A DNA stretch of 64,000 bases, taken from NCBI GenBank assembly GCA_965242725.1, contig CBDESZ010000023.1, positions 8,758 to 72,757 on the forward strand, written 5' to 3'. Under the pieces are notes generated by a model. It did not search any database, was not told the DNA's origin, and was given only the letters and a program-made list of their open reading frames with translations. Of the stretch, positions 18,084 through 29,079 are shown one piece after another (positions within the stretch are counted from its first letter, which is position 1; each line of letters starts with the position of its first letter). Made by a program: the position numbers and the translations under genes. Source of the stretch: Alkalispirochaeta sp. (GTDB lineage Bacteria > Spirochaetota > Spirochaetia > DSM-27196 > Alkalispirochaetaceae).

Positions 18084-18851
18084 TCAAGCGGGATTTTTTT
18101 CCGCCAGCAACCGTAAACCTTCCAGCGTCAGCCACTGATCGACTTCATCAAAACAATCGGCAATTGGTGCAAACGTCTCCGCCAATCCCCCGGTAGCATA
18201 TACCCGTGGTGACGTGCTCATCTCCGCAGACATACGCCGTATCACCTCGTTTACCAGACCGACATAGCCATAGACGATGCCGCCCTGTATCGCGTGCTCC
18301 GTCGTGCGAGCAAGCGCATGGGGTGGAGGTACGAGATCGACAACGGGGAGCTGTGATGTGTTGGTGCTGAGTGATCGCACGGCACTGCGAAGGCCGGGCG
18401 CGATGTTGACCCCGAGAATGACCCGGTCTGCGGAAACGGCGGTAAAGGTGAGGGCCGTACCAAAATCGACGACGATCGCTCCCTGATCCGTTCGGTGTGA
18501 CGCGGCTACGGCGTTTGCGAGAAGGTCGCTACCCAGTTCCGGTGGAATGGGGACGTCCGGATTGAGCCCCGTGTTGAGGGTGTTGTTGACGAGCAACGGC
18601 GAACGCCCGGTGAGGCGTTCCACAACCGTCACAATCGTCGGCGTCAGCGCCGGAACGACCGAGCTGATCACCACCCGCTGTATGGTGCCAAGTTCGTGCT
18701 CCGAGAGGTGAATCAGATTCTGGGTGTATACCAGATATTCATCGGAGGTCTGTTCCGGATTGGTATGAAGACGCCAGTGCTCAAGCCACCGTGAGCCGTC
18801 CCATATGCCGAAGGCGATGTTTGTATTCCCGATGTCGATCGTAAGAATCAT
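18084..18851 (-). CDS. coaX: Type III pantothenate kinase
   Basis: Motifs IDIGNTN, SSVVP, LGSDL, VDFGTA and ATGG. Confidence 0.95.
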   Translation of the reverse strand: MILTIDIGNTNIAFGIWDGSRWLEHWRLHTNPEQTSDEYLVYTQNLIHLSEHELGTIQRVVISSVVPALTPTIVTVVERLTGRSPLLVNNTLNTGLNPDVPIPPELGSDLLANAVAASHRTDQGAIVVDFGTALTFTAVSADRVILGVNIAPGLRSAVRSLSTNTSQLPVVDLVPPPHALARTTEHAIQGGIVYGYVGLVNEVIRRMSAEMSTSPRVYATGGLAETFAPIADCFDEVDQWLTLEGLRLLAEKNPA

Positions 18852-20221
18852 CAGTCACACTCGACTTCGTCGGGTTTTTCAGGAGAGGGAGGAGAAACGA
18901 CGATGCTCTCCAGGCCGCCGAACTTCTGAAAGTCCCGGTCCACACACCCGTTGCGTTCGACATTCACATACTCCGCGTCCTGAAAGGAATATCTGAAGTT
19001 TGTATGAACGTCATATGTGCCGGTGACGAGGGCGTAGGTGTCTTCAGTCATTACCAGTTCCTCGTCGGTGGGGATGACGAAAATCCGCACGGGAGAGTCG
19101 TCTGTGCTGATATCGGTCTCCGCGTTCTTTGTCTTGGAAAGCTGATTTTTGTCGGGGTCAACCTTGATACCCATAAACGACAGGCCCTCAAGGGCTTTTC
19201 CGCGAATGACCGGACCTCGTTCGCCGACTCCGGCGGTAAAGACGACGGCGTCGACACCGCCGATTGCGGCCGCGTAGGCACCTATGTACTTCCGCAGGCG
19301 GTATGATTCAACTTCGATGGCGAGTTGGGCCTGTTTGTGGCCCTTTTCAGCGGCGATTTCGATATCACGTCTGTCCACAAACTCCTCGGTGATTCCAAGG
19401 ACACCGCTCTTTTTGTTGAGGGTCCGTTCCAGCTCCTCCGCAGAGAGGCCAAGCTGATTCATCACGTAAAACGGTATCGCCGGGTCGATGTCGCCGCTGC
19501 GGGTACCCATTACCAGGCCTTCCAGCGGGGTGAGGCCCATGCTCGTATCGACGGAGACGCCGTTCTTTACGGCACAGATGCTGGCACCGTTACCGATATG
19601 GGCGATGATAAGGTTTGTCTCTTCCGGACGTTTTCCGAGGAGAACTGCCGCGCGTTTGGCGGTGTAGAGAAAAGACGTCCCGTGAAAACCGTATCGGCGG
19701 ACACCGTGCTCCCGATACCACGCATAGGGGAGGGCGTAGGTATACGCATGGGCAGGCATCGTCTGATGCCACGCGGTATCCATGATCGCGCAATGGGGAA
19801 CTTTGGGCAAAACCGTCTGGGCCGCGGTGATACCCTGAATGTTGGCGGGATTATGCAGCGGCGCCAGGTCCTGGATTTTGCGAAATGTTTCAATGACGTC
19901 ATCATTGACGATGACCGATTTCTTGAACGCCTCACCGCCGTGAACGACACGGTGACCCACCGCCTTGACCTCATCCATTGATGAAATGGCGCCGTGCTTG
20001 TCGTCAACAAGCGTATTCATAATGAGCTGAATCGCTTCCGTGTGGGTGGGGCAGGGGTGCTGAATCTCCAGTTCATCCGCGCCGGGTACCTTGTGAATGA
20101 TCATTGATCCTTCCTGGGTGACCCGTTCTACGATGCCGCTGGCAAGGACATCCCGCTTTTTCCAATCGTATAGCTGGTATTTAACCGAAGAACTTCCACA
20201 GTTGAGTGTGAGAATAATCAT
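18851..20221 (-). CDS. ackA: Acetate kinase
   Basis: Motifs [33 protein letters not shown] and MGTRSGD. GGAGG RBS. Confidence 0.97.
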   Translation of the reverse strand: MIILTLNCGSSSVKYQLYDWKKRDVLASGIVERVTQEGSMIIHKVPGADELEIQHPCPTHTEAIQLIMNTLVDDKHGAISSMDEVKAVGHRVVHGGEAFKKSVIVNDDVIETFRKIQDLAPLHNPANIQGITAAQTVLPKVPHCAIMDTAWHQTMPAHAYTYALPYAWYREHGVRRYGFHGTSFLYTAKRAAVLLGKRPEETNLIIAHIGNGASICAVKNGVSVDTSMGLTPLEGLVMGTRSGDIDPAIPFYVMNQLGLSAEELERTLNKKSGVLGITEEFVDRRDIEIAAEKGHKQAQLAIEVESYRLRKYIGAYAAAIGGVDAVVFTAGVGERGPVIRGKALEGLSFMGIKVDPDKNQLSKTKNAETDISTDDSPVRIFVIPTDEELVMTEDTYALVTGTYDVHTNFRYSFQDAEYVNVERNGCVDRDFQKFGGLESIVVSPPSPEKPDEVECD

Positions 20222-20290
20222 TATGAATTCGCCTCCAAGATGGGTGTCTGGACAGTATTCCACAGACCAGGCAAATTTGGAAGGGCGGAG

Positions 20291-22837
20291 CTATTTCTTT
20301 GCGTCTATAATCGCCTTCACGTCGTCCAGCTGAAGTTTTTCAATCGCCTCCGGTGAACGCAGCTCCTCCGGGAGGGAGACGTTTTTCGTGCCCGCTTTAA
20401 TGTAGGGACCGTATTTGCCGTCGTATATGGCGATTCGCCGTTTCTTTGCGGGATCCTCGCCGAAATCCTTCAGGATTTTCGCCCCTCCCCGGCGTCCCTT
20501 CTTCTCTTCCGCCAGCAGTTCAAGTGCCCGGTCGAGACTGACGGTATAAACGTCGTCATCCTTCTTGAGGGAGCGATATTCCCCGTCGCACACGACAAAG
20601 GGACCGAAGCGCCCGATGTTTGCAACCACATCGTGGTTGCTTTCCGGATGCTGACCAAGAGTGCGGGGAAGGCTCAGGAGTTTTACCGCCAGGTCGACGG
20701 TCACTTCGCTTGGCCGTACGCCCTTGGGAAGGCTGGCCCGTTTGGGTTTGCTTCCGTCCTCGGGAGTTTCGCCGAGCTGAAGGTATGGTCCGTACCGTCC
20801 TGTCAGACAATAGATATTCCTGCCGTCTTCCGGATGTCTGCCGATCGGCTCGGGCCCCTTCTTCTGAACCTGAATCAGCTCGTGAATGTCACTTTCAGTG
20901 AGGTCCGCCGGTGCATACTCCTCCGGTATGGACGCATGTATTTCCTCGCCGTCTTCATGATGAACGATGTATGCGCCGTACCGTCCTATTTTCACGGACT
21001 GGTGTTCCGAAAGCTGGGGGAGCGCGATGCTTCGGGACTCTTCCGGCTTGATTTCACTTTCACGCCGGTCGACGCGTTCCTTCAGTCCGCTCTCTCCGAG
21101 GTAGAAACTCTTGAGATAAGCCAGAGAATCCTTCTCACCCACGGCAATTTCATCAAGAGCCGCCTCCATGTCACTGGTGAAGGTATATTCAATCAATTCC
21201 TGAAAATGATTTTCCAGCAGCTCCACCACCGCCATACCCGTGAAGGTGGGAACCAGGCTGCGATCCTGTCGCCGGATATAATTACGCTCGTAGAGGGTAT
21301 TGATGATGGACGCATAGGTCGACGGTCTGCCGATGCCCTCCTTTTCCAGCCGCTGGACCAGGGATGCCTCGGTAAAACGGGCGGGAGGTTTTGTTTCATG
21401 TTTTTCCGCGTCAAGCTGCGCCACCTCAAGGGAGTCGCCTGATTCCAGGGACGGCAGGAGAACCTCTTTGTCTTCGAGAGCCGCTTCGGGATTGTCCTTC
21501 CCCTCGACGTAGACACGCAGAAACCCGGGGAAAACAATTCTATTGCCGTTTGCGGTGAAGACCGCGTCCCCGGCGGTTATCTTGACGGCGAGGGAACGTT
21601 TCCTGGCGTCCGCCATTTGACTCGCCACCGTACGTTTCCAGATGAGCTCGTATAGTGAACGCTCCCGACCGGTCAGTCCCGTATCATCAGGATGGCGGAA
21701 TTCCGTTCCCGCCGGTCTGATCGCCTCGTGCGCCTCCTGGGCATCTTTTGAGGAAGACGAAAACTGGCGGGGCGTTTCGGAGAGGTACTCCTCTCCGTAG
21801 AGCCCTTCGATCTGTTTACGCGCTCCGGAAATCGCCTCGGAGGAGAGGGTCGGGCTATCGGTCCTCATGTAGGTGATGAATCCTTCTTCATAGAGACGTT
21901 GAGCCGTTCGCATCGTCTCCCTGGCGCTGAGACCGAGCTTGCGATTTCCCTCCTGCTGCAGCGTGGAGGTTATAAAGGGCGGCGCCGGACGATTTGTGAT
22001 ATCCCGGGAGGTGAGGTCACTCACGACCCACCGGGTGCGGGCAAGCGCTTCCCGCAGTTCCGCCGCCTGGTCGGCGGTTATGAGCACTGCGTTCCCGTTT
22101 TTCAGCGTTCCTTTCAGGGGGTCGAAATCCTTCCCTCCTGCAACGCGCTGTCCTTTGTATTCCGTCAGCCGAGCTTCAAAAGAGGGTGTCTCATGCGGCT
22201 TCTCAAGCCGCGCCAGGAGATCCCAGTACACTGCCGCTTTAAAGGTGATGCGTTCCCGCTCGCGGTCGACGATCATCCGCAGGCCCGGCGACTGGACACG
22301 ACCCGCGGACAACCCGTAGGCGATTTTTTTCCATATGAGGGGTGAAAGAGTGTATCCATACAGGCGGTCGAGGATGCGCCGTGTTTCCTGTGCCCTGACC
22401 AGCTTGAGATCCACCGAACGATGGTGGTCAAGGGCGTTTTGAATCGCACCTTTCGTTATTTCGTGAAAGACAAGGCGACGTACCGGCACCTTGGGTTTCA
22501 ATACCTCCAGGAGATGCCAGGAAATACTCTCTCCTTCCCTGTCTTCATCAGTGGCCAGGTAGAGTACATCCGCCTCCTTCAGCTGTTCCTTCAGGTGGCG
22601 TATCACCTTGTTCTTGCCTTTGGGCGTGACATAGAGAGGCGCAAAATCATCATCCACATTGATGCCGATACGTGCCCAGTCTTCTTTCTTGTACCTGGCG
22701 GGTATTTCCGATGCGGACTGCGGGAGATCCCGGACGTGTCCGATACTTGCCTCAACCACAAAGTTTTTTGGTAGAAAACGCTTTATTGTCCGCGCCTTCG
22801 TTGGAGACTCAACTATTACCAATGCCGTATCTGCCAT
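20291..22837 (-). CDS. topA: DNA topoisomerase I
   Basis: Motifs IVESPTKA, ATDEDREGE, SAGRVQS, ITYMRTDS and GIGRPSTY. C-terminal GRYGPY repeats instead of Zn fingers. Confidence 0.97.
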   Translation of the reverse strand: MADTALVIVESPTKARTIKRFLPKNFVVEASIGHVRDLPQSASEIPARYKKEDWARIGINVDDDFAPLYVTPKGKNKVIRHLKEQLKEADVLYLATDEDREGESISWHLLEVLKPKVPVRRLVFHEITKGAIQNALDHHRSVDLKLVRAQETRRILDRLYGYTLSPLIWKKIAYGLSAGRVQSPGLRMIVDRERERITFKAAVYWDLLARLEKPHETPSFEARLTEYKGQRVAGGKDFDPLKGTLKNGNAVLITADQAAELREALARTRWVVSDLTSRDITNRPAPPFITSTLQQEGNRKLGLSARETMRTAQRLYEEGFITYMRTDSPTLSSEAISGARKQIEGLYGEEYLSETPRQFSSSSKDAQEAHEAIRPAGTEFRHPDDTGLTGRERSLYELIWKRTVASQMADARKRSLAVKITAGDAVFTANGNRIVFPGFLRVYVEGKDNPEAALEDKEVLLPSLESGDSLEVAQLDAEKHETKPPARFTEASLVQRLEKEGIGRPSTYASIINTLYERNYIRRQDRSLVPTFTGMAVVELLENHFQELIEYTFTSDMEAALDEIAVGEKDSLAYLKSFYLGESGLKERVDRRESEIKPEESRSIALPQLSEHQSVKIGRYGAYIVHHEDGEEIHASIPEEYAPADLTESDIHELIQVQKKGPEPIGRHPEDGRNIYCLTGRYGPYLQLGETPEDGSKPKRASLPKGVRPSEVTVDLAVKLLSLPRTLGQHPESNHDVVANIGRFGPFVVCDGEYRSLKKDDDVYTVSLDRALELLAEEKKGRRGGAKILKDFGEDPAKKRRIAIYDGKYGPYIKAGTKNVSLPEELRSPEAIEKLQLDDVKAIIDAKK

Positions 22838-23024
22838 GCAGTATCTTTCCTCTCGCCCTGATACGAAAATAGCGGCGTCAGCCCGCAGTTTTTGTATATT
22901 TCGGGTGCCGCAACGCGACATACGAATCTCATTCCCGAATGCTCCGAATGTTTATTGATCTTACCGGATTCGTCAAGCTTGCCCTTTTTCACGATTGTGA
23001 GGTACTATCACCGGCGGAGACCAT

Positions 23025-23237
23025 ATGGCGATACCCCTCGATAAATTATTGGAAGACAGTAGAAATACATACCAGGTTACCTCCGCGATAATCCGTCGCG
23101 CCCACCAGATCGGTGAAATCCGTCGCGCCTTCAGTTCAGATGAACATGGAAGTGTCAGCGAAGATGGAGACAAAGTCGTTTCTCAGGCGATCGCGGAAAT
23201 TATTAACGACGACGTCCATTTCGAGCTTGCTGAATAG
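23025..23237 (+). CDS. rpoZ: RNA polymerase omega subunit
   Basis: 70 aa with 'N.Y..T.AII.RA.Q...KVVS.AI.EI'. Directly upstream of miaA, as in other spirochaetes. Confidence 0.8.
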   Translation: MAIPLDKLLEDSRNTYQVTSAIIRRAHQIGEIRRAFSSDEHGSVSEDGDKVVSQAIAEIINDDVHFELAE

Positions 23238-24217
23238 CGCTGAACCGCATTCTACCGTACAGCCGATCGTTCTCTTTGGTGCAACCGCGACGGGAAAGTC
23301 TGCCGCAATTGCGCACCTCGTAGACGATCTCAGACAACACCGGTTTGAACTCATCTCTGCCGATTCCCGACAGGTCTATAGAGGCTTTGATATCGGCACG
23401 GCAAAGCCGCAGGGAGCGGAACGGCAGCGTCTGACGCATCATCTCATCGACGTCGCCGATGGACATGAACACTTTGATGTGGGACGGTTTGTTCTTTCCT
23501 GTGACGAATTGGTTGCCGACATCACCCGTCGCGGCGGCGTTCCCCTCATTTCCGGGGGAACCGCGTTCTACCTACAGCGCTACCTCTTTGGACTGCCCTC
23601 CACGCCGGCGGCGCTGCCCGGGGTGCGTGCGGAACTGGAGGAGCGACTCCGACGGGAGGGGCTCGCCGCGCTCAGGCGGGAACTCCACGACGTCGATCCC
23701 GTGTCCGAAGGGCGTATCGGCGCCAATGACGCATACCGTGTTCTGCGGGCACTTGAAGTCTACAGGAGTACGGGAACACCTCTGTCGTCTTATGACATTC
23801 CCGACAGCGTCCGGTCACACATACGCCCCCCTGATCGTCGGTCTCTACCGGGATCGCGGGGAACTCTATCGGCGCATCAATGAACGGGTGCGGACCATGG
23901 TTGAACAAGGACTGGTCGGGGAGGTGGAAGGTCTTCTTGCCCGGGGACACAACCCCGATGAACCTGCCTTCCGGAGCATCGGATACCGTGAGTTTGTCGA
24001 CCATGGAGGATCACCCCCATGGTCCCCTGAACAGCTGCGGCGTATTGAGGAAGACATCGCAAAAAACACGCGGCGCTATGCAAAACGGCAGGAACTTTTT
24101 TTTCGGCGCCTCCCCGACGTGGTATGGATTCACGCCGATGAAATCGATAGAATAGTGGAGGTCGTGCGACGGTGGCTCGCCGGTACGCCGATCGGGACGG
24201 CAGAAAGAAATCCTTGA
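23227..24217 (+). CDS. miaA: tRNA dimethylallyltransferase, split by one frameshift at 23826-23831 (probable sequencing error)
   Basis: GATATGKS, SADSRQVY and GGTAFY in one frame. RINERV, SIGYRE and TRRYAKRQ in another. Removing one C from the C6 run restores the frame. Confidence 0.92.
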
Positions 24218-24271
24218 CAGGCTGCCGCCCAATTTGCATACTACTGTCCCAATTTGACAAAGGAGATTAAT

Positions 24272-24367
24272 GTGCCCTGCGGACGAAAACGAAAACGCAA
24301 AAAAATAGCAACCCACAAACGGAAGAAAAAACTGCGGAAGAACCGTCACAAGAAGAGAAACCGCTAA
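24272..24367 (+). CDS. 30S ribosomal protein bS22-like (AURKAIP1/COX24-type), 31 aa
   Basis: GTG start after AAGGAG gives MPCGRKRKRKKIATHKRKKKLRKNRHKKRNR*. Upstream TTGACA(24214)-N17-CATACT. Absent from the ORF track. Confidence 0.9.
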   Translation: MPCGRKRKRKKIATHKRKKKLRKNRHKKRNR

Positions 24368-24501
24368 CCCTTTCTTTTCATAACGGTCTGTAACAAAAGG
24401 AATCATGAGCGTGTGCGTTCATGATTCCTTTTTTATGGTCATCAGGCGGAAGATCGCTATCAAAAAGTCCGTCCTCTGTTGTACAATGCCCAACAAGGCG
24501 A

Positions 24502-25320
24502 ATGGTGATGACTGCATTGCAGGACTTTGGATTTGTACAACAGATAGTAATTCCGGCTCTGGATGTCCTGCTTCTGAGTTTCCTTATCTACAGGGGTTAT
24601 CAGATACTCGTACAGACACGGGCGGTACAGCTTGTCCGTGGAGCCCTCTTTCTCGGCGTTCTCTACGCGGTATCGTTTTTTCTCAACCTCTCCACCGTTC
24701 TGTGGATCATCAACCTTCTTGCTCCCAGTTTTGTTATCGGTATCGCGATTATCTTTCAGCCTGAGCTGAGAAAGATATTTACCCGAATCGGACAGGGGAC
24801 CTGGCTGCGTCTCAGCGGTGGTGCACAACCGGCACAGATCGATGCGGTTATGAGCGCGGCCGAGGTACTTTCCTATCGGAAGCGCGGCGCCCTTATCGTA
24901 TTTACCCGCTCGGTGGGGCAGAAAAACATAATTGAGACCGGTACCTCCATCGATGCGGAGGTATCTTCTGCGCTGATTTTGACAATTTTCAGCCACGACA
25001 CCGAGCTCCACGACGGCGCCGTTGTTGTTGAAAACGGACGAATCGTTTCGGCGGGCTGTTTCTTGCCGCTGTCGGAGCAAATGGACGTGAGGCGGAGTTT
25101 TGGTACCCGTCATCGCGCCGCCCTCGGACTCGTCGAGGAGAGCGATGCCATCGTGCTGGTCGTCAGTGAAGAGACGGGAGCGATGTCTCTCGCCTACGAT
25201 TCCAACCTCTATTACGACCTGAGCAGCGACGAAATTCGCGATCGTCTCTCTGACCTCCTCGATGTAGGGGAGCGCAGCACCGGAGACGCGGGGGAGGAGG
25301 TTGCCGACCTTGCAGATTAG
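24502..25320 (+). CDS. cdaA: Diadenylate cyclase CdaA/DacA
   Basis: Three TM segments, IFQPELR, LHDGA and GTRHRAA. Confidence 0.95.
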   Translation: MVMTALQDFGFVQQIVIPALDVLLLSFLIYRGYQILVQTRAVQLVRGALFLGVLYAVSFFLNLSTVLWIINLLAPSFVIGIAIIFQPELRKIFTRIGQGTWLRLSGGAQPAQIDAVMSAAEVLSYRKRGALIVFTRSVGQKNIIETGTSIDAEVSSALILTIFSHDTELHDGAVVVENGRIVSAGCFLPLSEQMDVRRSFGTRHRAALGLVEESDAIVLVVSEETGAMSLAYDSNLYYDLSSDEIRDRLSDLLDVGERSTGDAGEEVADLAD

Positions 25321-26254
25321 GAATGTTCTCAATCGGGCATTTCGTAACTGGCCGGCAAAGATACTGTCCCTCGGGGCGGCGGTATTGCTGCTCGTCTTTC
25401 ACGACATTACCCGCCTGGAGGAACGCTTCATTACGGTCCCTCTGGAGCTGGAGTTGAGCGCCCGCTTTGTACCTGCCTCCTCCTATCCCCGTCAGGTTCG
25501 ACTACAGATACGGGGAGAGTCGGAGCAGGTATTCCGCGTAGTAGATGAGGATTTTCGCGCCTACCTTGACCTGAGGCGCTTTTCCGCCGACGGGGAGTAC
25601 ACCGTTCCCGTTCAGGTGGAACGAGGCGGCGCCGCGATGGAAACGGGGACCCTCGAGGTCATCCCGGAGCCCGATTCGGTCGTCGTCCAACTGGAGGAAA
25701 AGCTTCAGAAGAGTCTGGAAGTGGTGCCCAGGACGAGCGGATTTCCCCCTACCGGGTATGAGCTGGTGCAGTTACTCATGACTCCCTCTTCGGTGGAAGT
25801 TGAAGGACCGCGCAGTACCCTTGAAAACATCACCGAGGTCTCCACGGAGGATGTTGATCTTTCAAACAGGCGTGAAGATTTTACGGAGCGGATTCGACTG
25901 GTCCCGCCGGACCCCCTTGTTCTCTTTCCCGGCGGTGATATCGTGGAAATAAGGGGGATCATCGAAGAGGCTGTTGTGCTGCAGACATTTGAACCGGTGG
26001 AACTCATCGTCACGGGACTTCCGACGGGACTCCGTATCGATCAGGATCTTCCCGCAGGTGTCATTCGCGTGCAGGCGCGTCAGATCGATGTTGAAGGGGT
26101 AGGCCCGGGCGATCTGCAGCTGGCCGTGGACGCATCGTCCATTAGTGAGACGGGAACGATACGCCTGCCGGTCCGTCCCGTCGTACCGCCCGGATTTGTG
26201 GTACTGCGCTACGAGCCGACGTCGGTACAGCTCAGCGTGCAGGAGCAGGAATGA
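25301..26254 (+). CDS. cdaR: CdaR/YbbR-domain regulator
   Basis: 'NWPAKILSL' TM segment followed by YbbR-like repeats. Overlaps the end of cdaA. Confidence 0.88.
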   Translation: MPTLQIRNVLNRAFRNWPAKILSLGAAVLLLVFHDITRLEERFITVPLELELSARFVPASSYPRQVRLQIRGESEQVFRVVDEDFRAYLDLRRFSADGEYTVPVQVERGGAAMETGTLEVIPEPDSVVVQLEEKLQKSLEVVPRTSGFPPTGYELVQLLMTPSSVEVEGPRSTLENITEVSTEDVDLSNRREDFTERIRLVPPDPLVLFPGGDIVEIRGIIEEAVVLQTFEPVELIVTGLPTGLRIDQDLPAGVIRVQARQIDVEGVGPGDLQLAVDASSISETGTIRLPVRPVVPPGFVVLRYEPTSVQLSVQEQE

Positions 26255-26622
26255 TCCGTGGCATAGGAATCGACGTGGTTGCCGTTGACAGGATGCGTCG
26301 GTGGCTCGAAGACGAGACGCTGCTGCGGCGCTATTTTGCCGACCGTGAACGGGAAGCGATATACGCCCGGCGGGACGGCGCCGCCCTTTCCCTGGCTGCA
26401 CGATTTGCCGCCAAGGAAGCCTATGCAAAGGCGCTGGGTACCGGGTTTCGCGGTTTTGGGCTCCGGGATGTGTGGGTCGTGAACGACGCGCTGGGGAAAC
26501 CGGAACTCCACGTAACCGGCGCGGCGGAGCAGGCGCTGCACCGGATCGGTGGAAGCAAACTGTGGCTTTCCCTGACCCACGAACAGGAACATGCGATCGC
26601 GATGGTGGTCATTGAGGGCTGA
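26251..26622 (+). CDS. acpS: Holo-ACP synthase
   Basis: Motifs GIGID, ARFAAKEA..KALGTG, GKP and SLTHE. Confidence 0.95.
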   Translation: MIRGIGIDVVAVDRMRRWLEDETLLRRYFADREREAIYARRDGAALSLAARFAAKEAYAKALGTGFRGFGLRDVWVVNDALGKPELHVTGAAEQALHRIGGSKLWLSLTHEQEHAIAMVVIEG

Positions 26623-26657
26623 GAGCAGCGTCAACTTGAATATGAGGGAGTGAGACA

Positions 26658-27515
26658 ATGGCGGCGTCCCTGACGTTTTTTTCAAAGAAATCGATCACCT
26701 GTCCCGTCTGCGATGAAAAGGTCTATCGAGAAGAGATGAGGACCGGACGGGGGAGACAGATCGCCGGTCATCTGACACGGGAGTTGCGGCGCAACTATGA
26801 GTCGTCAAAGCAGTACGGGGACGTCTATCCCCTGATCTATCCCGTGACGGTCTGTCCATCCTGTTACTATGCGGCCTTTCATGATGATTTCCTTGAAGTC
26901 CCCGAAGATATCCTGTCCCGACTGAGTGACGAGACTGAAAAACGATCAGACGCGGTGGCGGGCATTTTCCCGGATCTGGATTTTTTTGACTCCCGGGGTC
27001 TGAAAGAAGGGGTGGCCAGCTACATCTTTGCCACCTTCTGCTATGAACACTTTCCCAAGCAGTTCTCGCCGCTCTTCAAGTGCGGACTCAGTCAGCTGCG
27101 GGCCGCGTGGTTGTGCAACGATTTACATCGGAATCGACCGACCGAGAACTTCGACTATCTGGCGGCCGTCTTTTACCGCAAGGCGCGTTACTACTACAGC
27201 CGCGCCGTGGAGGGGGAGCAGGACGGAAGTCAGCCGTTGTCGGGGGCTCCCAACCTGGGCCCGGACATTGACAAGAACTACGGATATGACGGCGTCCTCT
27301 ACCTGAGCGGTCTCCTTGAGTTTCAGTACGGACCCCGTTCCGACCCGGAAAAACGTGCCCACGCCCTTCAACGGGCAAAGCGGACGGTTGCACGGATATT
27401 CGGTATGGGAAAAGCGAGCAAGAACAAACCGGCGGCAATCCTCGACAACGCCCGTGAAGTCTATGATGCCATCAGCAGAGAACTCGGCGACGGCGAAACC
27501 GCACCGGAGGAGTAA
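26658..27515 (+). CDS. DUF2225-family protein
   Basis: CPVC...CPSCYYAA Zn pair and 'LRAAW'. Confidence 0.82.
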   Translation: MAASLTFFSKKSITCPVCDEKVYREEMRTGRGRQIAGHLTRELRRNYESSKQYGDVYPLIYPVTVCPSCYYAAFHDDFLEVPEDILSRLSDETEKRSDAVAGIFPDLDFFDSRGLKEGVASYIFATFCYEHFPKQFSPLFKCGLSQLRAAWLCNDLHRNRPTENFDYLAAVFYRKARYYYSRAVEGEQDGSQPLSGAPNLGPDIDKNYGYDGVLYLSGLLEFQYGPRSDPEKRAHALQRAKRTVARIFGMGKASKNKPAAILDNAREVYDAISRELGDGETAPEE

Positions 27516-28270
27516 TGCGCACACTTCTCATTCGTCTTGCCTACGACGGAACAAATTTCGCCGGATATCAGCGCCAAAAGGCGGACCGGACCGTCCAGAG
27601 TGAACTGGAAGGGGCACTGGAAGACCTTCACGGCCATCCCGTGCAGACTGCCGTTGCGGGGAGAACCGACTCCGGAGTTCACGCCGTCGGGCAGTACGTC
27701 TCATTTGTGACCGACAGAGACCGGATTTCCCTCGACGACTTTCCCGGCGCCCTCAACAGTCGACTTCCCCGGGATGTTCGGGTAACCTCGGCGCGACACG
27801 TCCCGGACGATTTTCACGCCCGATTCAGCGCCCGGTCACGGCACTACCGCTATCACATCGTCATCGGAGCGTACACGCTGCCCCATATGCGCGCATATGC
27901 GTGGCGGATACCGGAAATGCCCGCAGTGGACCGGCTGAATCGGGAGGCGGCGGCGTTTGTGGGAACCCACGACTTCACCACCTTCGCGGCGCGACGAAAA
28001 GACCAGGGCACGATGGTGAGAACCGTCCGCTACGCCCACTGGCGTTCCCGGGGGGAGACGCTCGAGTTTTCAATCGGTGCCGACGGCTTCCTGTGGCGCA
28101 TGGTGCGTTCGATCGTGGGCACGCTGATAGAACGGGAACGACTGAGGCTGCGCGGTGAAGAGCCGGACGGGACTGTCGCGGAGCTGCTGAAAGCGGGGAG
28201 ACGGGAGCTTTCGGGAACGACGGCGCCCGCCTGGGGGCTGTTCCTTCACGATGTGGAGTATGAGGTGTAA
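27515..28270 (+). CDS. truA: tRNA pseudouridine(38-40) synthase
   Basis: Motifs AYDGT, AGRTDSGVHA, FHARFSA, GTHDF and FLWRMVR. Confidence 0.96.
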   Translation: MRTLLIRLAYDGTNFAGYQRQKADRTVQSELEGALEDLHGHPVQTAVAGRTDSGVHAVGQYVSFVTDRDRISLDDFPGALNSRLPRDVRVTSARHVPDDFHARFSARSRHYRYHIVIGAYTLPHMRAYAWRIPEMPAVDRLNREAAAFVGTHDFTTFAARRKDQGTMVRTVRYAHWRSRGETLEFSIGADGFLWRMVRSIVGTLIERERLRLRGEEPDGTVAELLKAGRRELSGTTAPAWGLFLHDVEYEV

Positions 28271-29073
28271 TGAGAGACGAACGGATCGGCAGACTTTACG
28301 ATGTACTTAACGATATCGCCCAGGCCATCAGGCCGGGGGAGGAGCGTTCCGGATACGATGAGGAACTGACTGAGTTTCTCGGTCGTTTTGACCCGGGTGA
28401 CGAGGAAGCCCCCCGAATTGCGGAATCTGCCGCCCATTCCGTTGATTCCTCCCATTCCGTCGATTCCGGAGAAGGGCAACCACAATCACCTGAGGAACGG
28501 CTGCATCGCCTGGATGAACTGGCCCGGGAAATTCGGGAATGTACCAAATGTCCCCTTTCCCTCGGCCGGACCAATGCCGTTCCCGGCGAGGGAGTGCTCG
28601 ATCCGCTGGTCATGATCGTCGGTGAAGGGCCGGGGGCCCAGGAAGACGCGGAGGGAAGCCCCTTTGTGGGACGGGCCGGCCAGTATCTCGACAAGTGGCT
28701 TGAGGCGATCGGACTCTCCCGGGACAAAAACGTATTCATCGCCAACGTCGTAAAGTGCCGTCCCCCCAACAACCGCGATCCGAAACCGGAAGAGAGTGAT
28801 CTGTGCCTTCCCTACCTGGCCGAGCAGATCTCCATCGTCCGACCGCGTCTCATCGTGACGGTGGGTCGGATCAGTACACGCATTCTCACCGGAACGTCCA
28901 AGGGCATTACCCGTATTCACGGGACCTTTTACCACTATCAGGGCATCCCCCTGGTTCCCACCTTTCATCCAAGCGGCGTGTTACGCAATCCCGCGTGGCG
29001 ACGACCCGTGTGGGAGGATCTGAAGTCGATACGGAACTGGCTCATAGACAACGCCGGTCACACGGCGGATTGA
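28270..29073 (+). CDS. Family-4 uracil-DNA glycosylase
   Basis: CTKCPL, VGEGPG, PFVGRAG, NVVKCRPP and TFHPS. Confidence 0.94.
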   Translation: MRDERIGRLYDVLNDIAQAIRPGEERSGYDEELTEFLGRFDPGDEEAPRIAESAAHSVDSSHSVDSGEGQPQSPEERLHRLDELAREIRECTKCPLSLGRTNAVPGEGVLDPLVMIVGEGPGAQEDAEGSPFVGRAGQYLDKWLEAIGLSRDKNVFIANVVKCRPPNNRDPKPEESDLCLPYLAEQISIVRPRLIVTVGRISTRILTGTSKGITRIHGTFYHYQGIPLVPTFHPSGVLRNPAWRRPVWEDLKSIRNWLIDNAGHTAD

Positions 29074-29079
29074 CCGTTC

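Noticed and set aside
23826..23831. miaA as a pseudogene or programmed frameshift
   Set aside because: A single extra C in a homopolymer, with both halves intact. The same error type recurs in pdp and recJ, so a sequencing error is most likely.
24502..26622. cdaA-cdaR-acpS (no glmM) as a novel arrangement
   Set aside because: This order is, to my knowledge, standard in spirochaetes.
28433..28467. 18-bp duplication (HSVDS x2) in the UDG linker
   Set aside because: An in-frame slippage in a disordered linker, with no sign of function.
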